Notes: a model not told the origin generated them from the letters alone. Shown: positions 29,490 to 46,936, numbered from the stretch's first letter. The stretch: 64,000 bases of DNA from the human T2T-CHM13v2.0 reference genome, Homo sapiens (GCF_009914755.1 NC_060929.1); one strand, 5' to 3'. Program-made: numbers and translations.

Positions 29490-29804
29490 TTTTTTTTCTT
29501 TTTCTTTTTCTTTTTTTTTTTGAAACAGGGTTTCACTCTGTCACCCAGGCTGGAGTGCAGTTGCATGATCACGGCTCACTGCAGCCTTGACCTCACAGGC
29601 TCAGGCCATCCTTCCACTTCAGCCTCCATTAGTAGCTGGGATGACAGGCATGGGCCATCATGCCAGGCTAATTTTTGTATTTGTTGTAGAGAAAAGGTTT
29701 CACCACATTGCCCAGGCTGGTCTCAAACTCCTGGGCTCAAGCAATCTGCCCACCTTGCCCTCCTAAAATGCTGGGATTACAGGCGAGAGCCACTGCAGAC
29801 GGCC
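29490..29804 (-). mobile_element. AluJ
   Basis: Reverse dimer with J-type gatcacggctcactgcagccttgacc and ctcctgggctcaagc; TSD tac(t/c)atggt(g/a)attttt. Confidence 0.92.
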
Positions 29805-32328
29805 TACCATGGTAATTTTTAATTTATCACTCAAGAAAACTGCTTGGTATTAAGTAGTGGTAGTATACCTGAAGGAATCATTCTGGTAGATTTTTGAAAG
29901 GGCTTATCTCTGTAACATCAAAACTTTGCCTTCATAGTGATCCACAGATTATAAAATGAGGCTGTGGTTGGCTGAAAAGAACATGAAGTTAGCCTGTCAG
30001 GCGATGTGAATTCTAGTCCTGGTGATACCCAGTCAGTGGTAACTAGCTATATATACCATTTGGCAAGCATCTCATTGTACTGTAATTTTCCCATATCGGC
30101 TATCTCAACTTTATAGCATTGCTAGGAAGGCAGGTGAAATCTTCTACATAACAGAAAAGTACTTAAACTTATTAAACAATCTAATCAAAAATCATTTCAT
30201 TTCATGTTGTCGTTTTGACCAGAGACAATTTTGTCAAAGAATATTGTTTTTCCTCCAAAAAATTATCCAAGGCTAAGTACTTCTCTGAGACTGTTTCTTA
30301 AAAAATAAAATTATAAATCTAGAAAAGTAAACACTGCTCATAATCATATTCTATAAATATTTCTATATTAATTCAACAATGGGAAGTAGAGCTTGAAGAG
30401 TACTCTACATGTTTCAGATGTAAGTACCATAATGGCAAGAATTATTGGGCTCAATTCTTTCCATCACATATTTTTCTTTTCCCCTGTTAACCTTTTACTG
30501 ACTTCAGAAGAGATTTCTGCCTTCAGTGGTGCGAGAGACAAATAGAGTTTAGTCTACAATTTTCACTCCAGTAGAGGAATCATTCATAAATGCAATCAAA
30601 TAGAGCTATCCTATTTCTGTCAAGAAATCTTTTTAAAAAGCAAACTTGAATATCACTGAATAAAAATAATTTGCTTCTTAAATTTCTGCATCAAAGAATA
30701 TAGCAGGAATATATAACAAACCCCAGTTTATCCAAAATCCAAAAGGTAAAATGAGAACAATTAGCATTTTTCCAAGGTACCATATAATATCTAAAACTCA
30801 TAAAGATGTACCCCAAGATACAGCAGAAGCCTGTCACGGTTTCACATTCATTGTATATTAAATTATATTCAAAGTAGTGTTTGTATTAAATATTATTGTA
30901 CTATAGTTCTCTGAGTACATACTAATCCATGGATAAGATATAATTCTCACGTAAATAAAATAGCTAATACTCAACCTTTTGGGAGAAATACTCAGAAAAT
31001 ACTATAGTATGTTACTGATACAATTTCAACATAAGCTGCTTCAAATATGGTTATTTCTATTTTTCTACTTTTAGGTTAATATGATAACATACTAAAATGG
31101 TTTAATCTACGACCAGCAAGGTTGTAACAATAGCTTCACACCCCTTTTGTGCTACAAAAATTACACATCCCTTATGCATAGACTGAAAATAATGCTATGC
31201 TGGCATTTTAAAATTAGCATTAGAAAAGTAAAAGCAAATGTTATCATTAACATAAATTTGAAAAATCTTTACCTTTTCATCCCAAAATGGTACTTTCTGG
31301 TATCAAAGAAAACATTTACTTTTAATTCATTTCAGACCAATATTTATTCTTCTTTTTGGCAACGAGTGTTTCAACATCTTGAAAATGCATTTAAGCTTAC
31401 TCCTTTCATCAGCTCTAAAATGGGGTTATGCATAATCCACTAAATGCAAATAATTTTTGGAAGCATTGCTTAGTGGACTTCTAGGCTGTGTAACATATTC
31501 AATTAAGAATAAGAGACTTTTAAATAATCTTTAGGGAAAACTACCAGCCAAACAACACAATGTTCACGGTAAGAAAATTATCTTTGGGATTTAGAATTTC
31601 AAATCAAAATAAATCACCAACTATTCAAAAAGAATGATTTTCTGTATCAAATAGAAATGTTAATGTTGTGAAAAGCTTGTGCCTAACTATAAATCATTTA
31701 AAGATAATCCCAGGATATTTAATTTGATCTAAGCCATAACTTAAAATTCTCAGAGCCAACTGAGAACTATCTTCACAATCTATTTTGAATTTAGAAAAAC
31801 TGAAGCACAAAAATCACATGAAGATTTGATAAGGACTCTAGTGTCCTGAACTCCTGTCACCTGGCCAAACGCAGTTCATCCATCTAAAAAGCCAACTGCT
31901 CTGTGTTTGAAGGGGGCAAAACTACCCTCAATTTGACTGCAGGATATGGCTCTCTCTTCAAATATTGATTGAAAGGTTTTTGGCTAAGTACAAGGACTAT
32001 TTTTCCCTGGAGAAACTGCAGCTGTGACAGTTGACCTCAGCCTTTTAAGACGAAAAGATTCTCTCTGGGAAAATGACTTACTGATTATCAGAGTTAGCCA
32101 GAATAAAAGAGCTCAATCTTCAGAGCTCTTTCATTAAACAACTCTCTTTCAATATTCTTAAAATATCATGGAGTATCATCATGTTGCACAACACCAGAGG
32201 ATAACATAAAGAATACAATATGAGTATGCCCCCTGGAGTTTTGAAACACAGCGCTGGTAACACTATCATCAGTAAAGCTTTCCTGCTGCCTTTTGTTAAG
32301 TTATTGACTATGGAATCCTGAATGAATT

Positions 32329-32635
32329 TCTTTCTTTTTTTTTTTTTTTTTTTTGGGACAGAGCCTTGCTCTGTCGCCCAGGCTGGAGTGCAGTGGCGCA
32401 ATCTCGGCTCACTGTAAGCTCCGCCTCCTGGGTTCATGCCATTCTTCTGCCTCAGCCTCCTGAGTAGCTGGGACTACAGGCGCCCGTCACTGCGCCCAGC
32501 TAATTTTTGGTAGTTTTAGTAGAGACGGGGTTTCATCGTGTTAGCCAGGATGGTCTCGATCTCCTGACCTCGTGATCTGCCCGCCTCAGCCTCCCAAAGT
32601 GCTGGGATTACAGGCTTGAGTCACTGCGCCTGGCC
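32329..32635 (-). mobile_element. AluY
   Basis: Y diagnostics (aagctccgcctcc, gccattc, aggatggtctcgatctcctgacctcgtg); TSD cctga(a/t)tgaatttctt. Confidence 0.95.
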
Positions 32636-33133
32636 TGCCTGATTGAATTTCTTACAGGCTACTTATTATAGATATGATGCTCAAATCAGATCAACTTACG
32701 AGGTTATAGATCTTGCCAGACTAATGAAGATCTGCATCATTTATAACCTAACACCACTTATTTCTTTCCTTTTAAAAGAGGTTTTGCTTGCTCAAGGCCC
32801 AGGCAGAGAGGAACTACTTAACTTGTACTGAAACCAAAACAACTGATCATCCACAGTAAACAGTATGATGTCATCCACGGTAAACAGTATGATGTGGCAG
32901 AAAGACCACTGCAATCAGGAGATCTATCATTTGTTAATTATATACTCCAGATCACTCATCTGGAGTATACAGACAATACCAAGATTAGGGACAATAATAT
33001 GTCTTAATAATTCCATAGAATTATGCTAATCAAGTAATAAAAAACCAAACTACTCATAAGCTGAAGCATAGTATTCACAAATGATTTTGCAAGTGGGCAA
33101 ACTTAGAAAATACTTCTCAATATTAACTGAACA

Positions 33134-33433
33134 GGCTGGGCACAGTGGCTCACACCTGTAATCCAAGCACTTTGGGAGGCCAAGGCAGGCAGATCACCTG
33201 AGGTCAGGAGTTTGAGATCAGCTTGGCCAACATGGTGAAACCCCATCTCTACTAAAAACACAAAAAATTAGCCAGTCATGGTGGCACATGCCTGTAATCT
33301 CAGTTACTTGGGAGGCTGAGGCAAGAGAATCACTTGAACCTGGGAGGCGGAGGTTTCAGTGAGCGGAGATCATGCCATTGCACTCCAGCCTGGGCAACAG
33401 AGTGAGACTCTGTTTCAAAAAAAAAAAAAAAAA
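33134..33433 (+). mobile_element. AluSx-like
   Basis: Full dimer, poly-A, TSD attaactgaaca. Confidence 0.95.
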
Positions 33434-35259
33434 TTAACTGAACAAGGAGCAATATTCAATAAATTATTTGGAACAGAATTTCTAAGGGACTAGGAACCCT
33501 GTTATAAGGACCCTATTTAGTATATCTTTTATAGATGGTCACATTTTTATGTAAAATTAGCTCGAATACAAACTATAAAACATCCTATATAAGCTCTTAT
33601 TTTACAAAGTAAAATGTGTCTTTGCCTGCCAATTGTTTCACTTGAGTACATGCTTTTCAGCACTTTACAGATTTAATACATCTATAGTTCCAGGAAATGA
33701 GCATTTATTTCTATATAATCAAATGCTAAGAGATAAGTTTCTGGTTCTGTTTTTGAACTTTATAATCATTAAATAAAACAAAAAAAAAAATCTCTTTTGG
33801 TACCATAGGTACAAAGTCATTGAATAAAACCCCCAAAACAAAAATCCATTTGTTCTGGGTTTAAAACCAATCATTGCATCAGATCTCAGAGAAACTTGTT
33901 TTTAAAACTAACCTGAAGCAAACACACCTAACCTGATAAATGCAACCTCCTAAGGGACAAAGGAATGTAATAACTTTAGTTTTAGATAAAGGTAGAAGTA
34001 AAAATTATGCTTCAGAGAATCCTATATAAAATATTTTAAGTTATTTACTAATGGTAATGGTAAAAAAATGTTGGCAGGTCTTATAAAAGTACTATCTATA
34101 ACATTTTCATTCCGACAATGTCTTAAAATAGTCAAAGAAAAAGAACAATGGGAAGGAAAAGAAAATATTTAATATAGAATTCTACCAAAATCTACCAATG
34201 ATATTTGAATCCAACCAAGACCAGAAACACTTGAACCAAGAAGTTAGTCACAATGCCCCTGGTAGCTGAGTAAAATGGTGCTTAAACTGTTACTAATTTT
34301 TTTAGCCTTGTAGATTTTCACTCCAAAAATTCTAATTCTACTATATAAGATGTGTGGGACCATCACATAGTGTGTTCATTATAATCTAATTTCATAAAAA
34401 TCAATGCTCCTAAAGCTATCATCTTGCTGACCCCAGATTCTTACTAACTGTTCATAGATTTAAAGTTCAGATTATTCTAAGTATTAAATCAGTAAAATCT
34501 AAATTCAATCCATCTGACTGCTGTTCTTGCAGTAAATACACACTCCAGAGGATACCCTCCCGCCACCACCCCCTGCCATGTTCAGTAGTAGAGCTGCTCT
34601 GTTCTATAAATACTGTTGCTTCTGGATGACTTTCAGGGAAAGGCCAAAAGAAAATAAATTTTAGCAGTCTATCCAAGAGGCAAGGAGGCATGGATAACAA
34701 CCAAGACAGACTCTGTGCTTTCTGAGCTCTCATTCCAAGAAAAAGAATGATGCGGGGGGTGGGGAGACTTTTTAAATAAAAGCCAGTTATTTTATGAGAC
34801 AGGACAAGGGAATCAAGAATTATGCATTACATCAGAATCCTTAAAAAATTAGAGATAATCATGGAGCTGTACTGAAATGAATATTCCCATGATCAAATTG
34901 AATTAAAAACTAAAAAACTGAATAACAGCTCACTATTCCTCTTTAGTATTCGGCATATACAGGATGCTGTTACAAATAAGTGACTGAAACAGAATTAACT
35001 TAATATTTTTGGAGGTGGGAGGAGTCTCAAGTGGAGCTTCCATATTAATCTTAAAAGAGCATTCTTTATCCTGAGCTAGAATAAATCATCTTTAATACTC
35101 CAACCCTAGAGCCTTGAGAACACATATGGGTACAATATTGCACTTACCATGGGTAATATTCCTAAAAAGTAAGATGTAAAACTAAAATTTATAAGTTAAA
35201 TCTGATTTTCCCAAGATACAATTAAGTTTGGAGAATTTATTTCTCAACTGCTGTCATCC

Positions 35260-35587
35260 CTCAGCTATCTAGTCCTCTCTGGGAATTACCCTCAATTGTA
35301 CAGATTACCTTGCCCAGGATCACACTATCTCCTAGGGGCAATTTGCATCAAATGACTGGTCAATACTGGAGTACAAAGGCTCAGCCTCCTTACTTCAACC
35401 TGGAACAACTCCAAACAGCCTTCCCATGCAGCTGGTTGAGGCCTTTCTTCTGACTGCGTCACGATCCAACTTCTCCTTTTGTCCAATCTTGCTTCCATCC
35501 CTTTCCCTACAGGTGTAAATCCCAAGAGTTCCCACTTACAAACTTCCTGAATATTAATCTTGTTTCCTGGGGAACAAACTGGCAACT
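35260..35587 (+). mobile_element. LTR16C-like ERVL LTR fragment
   Basis: gcatcaaatgactggtcaa...caacttctccttttgtccaatcttgcttcc...acaggtgtaaatcccaagag matches recalled LTR16C. Confidence 0.7.
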
Positions 35588-35612
35588 GTTGTATATAAAC
35601 CAAACAGTACTA

Positions 35613-35683
35613 CATATATATATATCTATATGTATATATATGTGTGTGTATATATATATGTGTATATATATGTGTATATATAT
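35613..35683. repeat. (TA/TG)n microsatellite
   Basis: Direct reading. Confidence 0.9.
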
Positions 35684-36289
35684 GACCAATCACATAAAAT
35701 TCTATTTGTGATTGTACCATGGCATATTTTACTACAAAAAAATTATCTTTTTTAATTCATTATTTTATTTCACAAAGTAATCAAAGGCTAAAAGTCTACT
35801 GTCACTAAGGTCACAAAACTCAGAAGATTTACAGGGCTATATTTTGAAAGGAAAGATTTAATAAAGATAAGACTAAAGGTTACTTAACTTTTAAGAATTG
35901 GTCCTAGTGTGTCTGTTTTGCCCTCTTATTCCAATTTCACATTTCCCTGTAGCAAGATGGTTATCAGAAATCAATTTGTCTCTCTACATTTAAGAATAGA
36001 AACTCCTTTTGCTTATTTAAATGATCATTTCACCAGCAACAGCATTTCTTTTGGATCCTGATGCTATTCAAAGCACACTTGCCTTTAAAATACAAAAACC
36101 AACTCAATTGGCCTACAATTTATTAGTCTTGAATGGCTTACCATTTGTTGCTTCAAAGTGTCCCTCACTTTGCTTTTCAATGCTTTTTTCTGTGCCTTCC
36201 TCTACTAAAGAGACATGAAGCTAAAATAGTTAACTGAAATACTCTCAGGGAGAAGCCCCTCAAGATAACTTCCCTTCTTTGTAGGCAAT

Positions 36290-36537
36290 GAGAGGAAGCC
36301 TCAAAAGAATGAGGCTTTTAATTCTTCTCTTCTTCCTGCCTGGAAGGTAGATGTAATACCTGGAAATGCGGTGTCCATCTTGGGTCTAAAGCAACACGAA
36401 AAAGAATGAAAGCCACAGGCTAAGTATGTCAGAGTAGAAATATAGAAAGAGTCTGGAACATCAATGTTATTGTGAAGCCACTACACCTGCCCTTGGACTG
36501 GCTACCTCCAAACTTCTTGGTGCATAAGAAAAACAAT
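36290..36537 (+). mobile_element. Old MLT1 (J/K-like) LTR fragment
   Basis: cttcctgcctggaag...ccatcttg...ccttggactggctacctccaaacttctt. Confidence 0.65.
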
Positions 36538-36542
36538 GACTT

Positions 36543-37021
<479 letters not shown>

Positions 37022-37133
37022 TTACGCCAAAATTTGTATAAATTGGGTAAGTTTATAGCCCACAAGTTAAAGTTTTATGTAGAGCTGGCTAGGGCAGAGT
37101 AGACTATAGACATTATTATTCTAAACCATATAA

Positions 37134-37199
37134 TAGGTTGAACCATAAAAAGTTGTCTATTTGACCTACAAAAGTGGCAATTTCATATAGTTCAAACTA
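37134..37199. mobile_element. MADE2 mariner-derived MITE
   Basis: Inverted termini taggttgaaccata... / ...ggcaatttcatatagttcaaacta. Confidence 0.75.
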
Positions 37200-37897
37200 A
37201 GAAGTACGGAAACATCAGAAAGAAAAACTATCTTTTTTTTTGGCTGGGCATTCACATCTTTCTTATGTTCTTAGCTAGCTAAACCATTAATCACTGTTAC
37301 GCTTCATTAAAAAAAAAAACAGTAGAATCTTAATACAGCAAATGTGAACTATAATTACAGCCACCCAGATTTCACAGAAAACAACTAATAAATCAAGAAA
37401 TTCTAAGCACTCATATAGCCTTATGATATCTCATGAGACAATATTAAAATATTTTGACATCTTATTTAATAGAATTGGCAGTAATAGGGATATTAAGTAC
37501 TATACATTGGGTATATTATTAGCAACCTATATGAATATGAGCTATCTGGCTTCTTTTTAGCCCTTATATTTTTCCATATTGATACATTTTCTCTTGCTGT
37601 GATTAATTCTGCACCAAAACAGCAATTCTAAAAATCATCTGAAGCAACAAAAGTGTAGAGTCACTCAGATTTCACAGCTGATAATAGAACTAACTTCCTA
37701 GGGAAGTTATTTTTTTTTCCTTTATTTATTTTCCTTTATTTCCTAGGGAAATAAAGATTACTCATTATCAATATGTTCAAGGGGAGAGTTTTACATGGAA
37801 ACCAAATGAACAGTATATACTCTTCTGGGAAAAGGAAATATATTTTAAGGTCAGTGAACCTCAAAATGTATGTTTTCATTTAGAAAGAAATAAAAGC

Positions 37898-38032
37898 GGC
37901 CAGGCACGGTGGCTCACGCCTGTAATCCCAGCACTCTGGGAGGCTGAGGCAGGTGGATCATGAGATCTGGAGTTCGAGACCAGCCTGGCCAACATGGTGA
38001 AATCCCATCTCTACTAAAAATACAATAATTAG
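37898..38032 (+). mobile_element. Left arm of an AluS split by the L1PA3 insertion
   Basis: ggccaggcacggtggctcacgcc...ctctactaaaaatacaataattag; 5' TSD aaagaaataaaagc at 37884-37897. Confidence 0.95.
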
Positions 38033-38932
38033 GGGGAGGAGCCAAGATGGCCGAATAGAAACAGCTCCGGTCTATAGCTCCCAGCATGAGCAACGCAGAA
38101 GGCGGGTGATTTCTGCATTTCCATCTGAGGTACCGGGTTCATCTCACTAGGGAGTGTCAGACAGCGCGCGCAGGTCAGTGGGTGCGCGCACCATGCGTGA
38201 GCCGAAGCAGGGAGAGGCATTGCCTCACCTGGGAAGCGCAAGGGGTCAGGGAGTTCCCTTTCCTAGTCAAAGAAAGGGGTGACAGATGGCACCTGGAAAG
38301 TCGGGTCACTCCCACCCAAATACCGCGCTTTTCCGACGGGCTTAAAAAATGGCGCACCACGAGATTATATCCCGCACCTGGATCGGAGGGTCCTACGCCC
38401 ACGGAGTCTCGCTGATTGCTAGCACAGAAGTCTGAGATCAAACGGCAAAGGGCAGCGAGGCTGGGGGAGGGGCGCCCACCATTGCCCAGGCTTGCTTAGG
38501 TAAACAAAGCAGAGGGGAAGCTCCAACTGGGTGGAGCCCACCACAGCTCAAGGAGGCCTGCCTGCCTCTGTAGGCTCCACCTCTGGGGGCAGGGCAAGAC
38601 AAACAAAAAGACAGCAGTAACCTCTGCAGACTTAAATGTCCCTGTCTGACAGCTTTGAAGAGAGCAGTGATTCTCCCAGCACACAGCTGGAGATCTGAGA
38701 ACGGGCAGACTGCCTCCTCAAGTTGGTCCCTGACCCCTGACCCCCGAGCAGCCTAACTGGGAGGCACCCCCCAGCAGGGGCACACTGACACCTCACATGG
38801 CCGGGTACTCCAACAGACCTGCAGCTGAGTGTCCTGTCTGTTAGAAGGAAAACTAACAAATAGGACATCCACACCAAAAACCAATCTGTACAACACCATC
38901 ATCAAAGACCAAAAGTAGATAAAACCACAAAG
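38033..38932 (+). promoter_or_regulatory. L1 5'UTR: internal sense promoter (YY1 site caagatggcc, 38043-38052) and antisense promoter region; CpG-rich
   Basis: Matches the L1PA 5'UTR; the main CpG-dense stretch of the window outside young Alus. Confidence 0.85.
38175..38482 (-). pseudogene. ORF0: L1 ORF0 remnant, frameshifted near codon 11-12
   Basis: ATG at 38482 reads MVGAPPPASLPFAV*; the ORF0-like peptide ISDFCASNQRDSVGVGPS continues in the shifted frame. Confidence 0.75.
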
Positions 38933-39951
38933 ATGGGGAAAAAAACAGAGCAGAAAAACTGGAAACTCTAAAAAGCAGAGCACCTCTCCTCCTCCAAAGG
39001 AATGCAGTTCCTCACCAGCAACGGAACAAAGCTGGACGGAGAATGACTTTGACGAGCTGAGAGAAGAAGGCTTCAAACAATCAAATTACTCCGAACTACG
39101 GGAGGACATTCAAACCAAAGGCAAAGAAGTTGAAAACTTTAAAAAAAATTTAGAAGAAGGTATAACTAGAATAACCAATACAGAGAAGTGCTTAAAGGAG
39201 CTGATGGAGCTGAAAACCAAGGCTCGAGAACTACGTGAAGAATGCAGAAGCCTCAGGAGCCAATGCGATCAACTGGAAGAAAGGGTATCAGCGATGGAAG
39301 ATGAAGTGAATGAAATGAAGCGAGAAGGGAAGTTTAGAGAAAAAAGAATAAAAAGAAACGAACAAAGCCTCCAAGAAATATGGGACTATGTGAAAAGACC
39401 AAATCTACGTCTGATTGGTGTACCTGAAAGTGACGAGGAGAATGGAACCAAGTTGGAAAACACTCTGCAGGATATTATCCAGGAGAACTTCCCCAATCTA
39501 GCAAGGCAGGCCAACATTCAGATGCAGGAAATACAGAAAATGCCACAAAGATACTCCTCGAGAAGAGCAACTCCCAAGACACATAATTGTCAGATTCACC
39601 AAAGTTTAAATGAAGGAAAAAATGTTAAGGGCAGCCAGAGAGAAAGGTCAGGTTACCCTCAAAGGGAAGCCCATCAGACTAACAGTGGACCTCTCGGCAG
39701 AAACTCTACAAGCCAGAAGAGAGTGGGCGCCAATATTCAACATTCTTAAAGAAAAGAATTTTCAACCCCGAATTTCATATCCAGCCAAACTAAGCTTCAT
39801 AAGTGAAGGACAAATAAAATACTTTATAGACAAGCAAATGCTGAGAGATTTTGTCACCACCACGCCTGCCCTAAAAGAGCTCCTGAAGGAAGCGCTAAAC
39901 ATGGAAAGGAACAACCGGTACCAGCCACTGCAAAATCATGCCAAAATGTAA
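38933..39951 (+). pseudogene. ORF1: L1 ORF1p, disrupted by two +1 frameshifts
   Basis: ATGGGG followed by 7 A (consensus 6) and actcccaagac at ~39575; fragments MELKTKARELRE... and ...YQPLQNHAKM*. Confidence 0.92.
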
Positions 39952-39983
39952 AGACCATCTGCATCAACTACCGAGCAAAATAA

Positions 39984-43826
<3,843 letters not shown>

Positions 43827-44015
43827 ACAATGAGAACACATGGACACAGGAAGGGGAACATCACACTCTGGGGCCTGTTGTGGGGTGGGGGCAGGGGGGA
43901 GGGATAGCATTGGGAGATGTACCTAATGCTAGATGACGAGTTAGTGGGTGCAGCGCACCAGCATGGCACATGTATACATATGTAACTAACCTGCACATTG
44001 TGCACATGTACCCTA

Positions 44016-44271
<256 letters not shown>

Positions 44272-44319
44272 TTAGTTCCCCAAATTCATATATTCACATG
44301 CACTTAAAACAGCTTTACA

Positions 44320-44636
44320 GGCCCGGCATGGTGGCTCATGCCTGTAATCCCAGAACTTTGGGAGGCCAAGGCAGGTGGATCAATTGCCTCAGGAATTCAA
44401 GACTATCCTGAGCAATGTGACAAAACCCCATCTCCACAAAAAATACAAAAATTAGCCAGGCATGGTGACATGTACATGTGGCCCCAGCTACTTAGGAGGC
44501 TGATGTGGAAGGATCACTTGAGCCTGGGAGGTAGAGGCTGCAGTGAGCCATAACCACCACAGCACTGCACTCAAGCCCAGAAGACAGAGTGGGACCCTGT
44601 CTCAAAAAAATTAAAAAGCTAAAAAAAAAAATTAAC
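44320..44636 (+). mobile_element. AluJ
   Basis: Diverged dimer (ggaaggatcacttgagcc, gaggctgcagtg); TSD aaaacagctttac. Confidence 0.92.
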
Positions 44637-45510
44637 AAAACAGCTTTACTTTCCAGATTATGTAAAATATTTGGTTTCCAAGTTATGTAAAATGTTTGGT
44701 AACCTAATTGACCAATCTCTAAAAGTTGTTGATTTAACAGTCGAAAAAGGGGTGAGAGTATCCCCCCTACCTCATGGAAGACTTATATATATATAAATAT
44801 ACTCAACAAGAAAAACAGATTAAGAAAAGAGGGAACACTTTCTGGAATAGAATATGACTGATCTCATTTCAATCATTAAAAATTTGAAAAAATCAGTAAA
44901 GACAACAACATTAATACAAATACTCAAGTGAGAAATTTCTGGTGGGAGTGACAGAGACAAGTACTTCCTTCTCTCTCCATTTTTATATTTCCTCTTACTA
45001 CAGTGGGTCCTCAAGGCATTCAAGCATATGCCTTTGCCCATGTGCTCTATGACCCATACTGCCTTGCTTACTTTGTGATCCCCATATTCTTCCCATTTCC
45101 ACATGGCTAAGTTGTCACTTCATTCTGACATCTGATATTCTTGAATAAAAAGTTAGGCAATGGAATTCTAGACTGCCAAACAAGCTGGAGAGACATTACT
45201 ATCTTTAAATACCTCCTAAAAGGATATGCAGAGCACACACTCCAATGAGCTATCCCTGCACAATCCGGAGAGATGATTTAGCCCCTTTTAAAATCCCATT
45301 TAAGAATGATAAAGAGAATAAAATACTAGTAGATACAAAATATTACAAAATGTTAACACATTGTTCACTCTAATTTTGACTCTATGTACCTCATTTGTGT
45401 TTTGTATAGTTTTTTGCTTTATTTTGTGTTGATAAATTTTTTCCAGGGAGAAAGTTTCAGTGGGTGGGAGGGATGGTAAGAAAGAAGAATGAAAGAATAG
45501 CACCAGCATC

Positions 45511-45958
45511 GTAGCTTCTCATGTCAGCCATAACAAAGTACCACAAATTGGCTAGCTTAAAATAACACAAATTTATCATATCACAATTTCTGGAGGGTAG
45601 AAGTTTGAAATGAAGGTATCAGCAGGGCCATACTCTCTCTGAAACCTGTAAGGGAGAATCCTTCCTTGCCTTTTCTGGCTACTGGTTTTTGCTGGCAATC
45701 ATTGGTATTCCTTGACATGCATCATTTCAGTATCTGGTTCTACCATCATGTGGCCATATTCTCCATGTTTGTCTCTGTCTCTGTATGTCTTTTTTTCTTA
45801 TAAGGACACTAGCCACATCAGAGTAAGGGTCTACCATACTGGAGTAATCTCAGCTACTTACATCTGCAAGACCCTATTTCCAAATAAGGTCACATTCTGA
45901 GGGATTGGGAGTTAGGACTTCACCATATCTTTTGGGGGGATACAATCCAACCCATACA
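45511..45958 (-). mobile_element. MLT1C-type solo LTR
   Basis: cataacaaagtaccacaaattgg...catctgcaagaccctatttccaaataaggtcacattctgagg...cccataca; 5-bp TSD GCATC on both sides. Confidence 0.88.
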
Positions 45959-45969
45959 GCATCTGACAA

Positions 45970-46690
45970 ATGGACATTTCAAATTAGATGCAGAACTGTT
46001 GCTTCAAATATAAAAAGCATTATTTTATTCTACAGATTTTTCTTCCCTTTCATTCTTCTCCCATACCTCTTGGAATAATCTTTAACTTATCCTTCTCTAT
46101 CTTCTCCCAATATCCAATCAACCATCAATGCCTATCAGTCTTTCTCTTTATTCTCATGGTACTAATTCAGTTTAGTCCTTTGAGTTTCATTTGTTCTCAA
46201 AAGTCTCCGAATTGACCTCTCTACTTCCAGGCTCTCCCCATCAAAGGAATCCATTCTATATACACTGCTTTCTTCACTCCTCTCAATATGCGTGAAATTA
46301 CATAATTCTCTTAAAAACTCCTCCAGTTTCATTTTTGCCCCCCTGCCTTGTCTTATGATGTTACACTCATCTAAAGGGATTTTCATCCCCCTAAAGAAGC
46401 AACATCCAAAGCTAACCCCAAACATACTTCTTCTAAATAACCTTTCTTCAACTTAAGAATACCCTGAGTTCTTTCTCTGTTTACTACAGCACCATACTAC
46501 ACACTGAAATCCCTGGATATATATCATTTGCTTGTATCATTCACTGCTATTTCATATAAATTAAGCTTCTAACTCTGAATATATTATAAACTCTTGAAGA
46601 CAAAGTCATTCTCTGTGCTTCTTTCTGTATTCTCCAGAATAGAAAAGAGAACATAGTAATAAACTTCTGCATACACTGATTAACAATAAA
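45970..46690 (+). mobile_element. L2 fragment
   Basis: Pyrimidine-rich L2-like tract (caatatccaatcaaccatcaa; tataaactcttgaagacaaag). Confidence 0.55.
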
Positions 46691-46936
46691 ACAACTGGAG
46701 ATTTTAAAAAGGAATCTCAAGAGAATAAAAAAAAAGTCATGATCTTATTGTAAAATCAAGTCTTCAAAATCTGTTTTTAATAACATTTTTTCATAATTAT
46801 AAGATACATGTGTTCATTAGAAATATCTGGAAAACACAGGTAATCATTTAAAAATAAAGCCAGTCATCAAACAACCACTTTAAAAAATTGTTTTAATCCT
46901 CATTTAATCCTTTGTTTTAGTCGTCATTTACAGCTG

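Noticed and set aside
32084-32831. Plus-strand frame that stays mostly open if the AluY is excised
   Set aside because: Contains two stops, has no start or splice context, and is largely the antisense shadow of the minus frame
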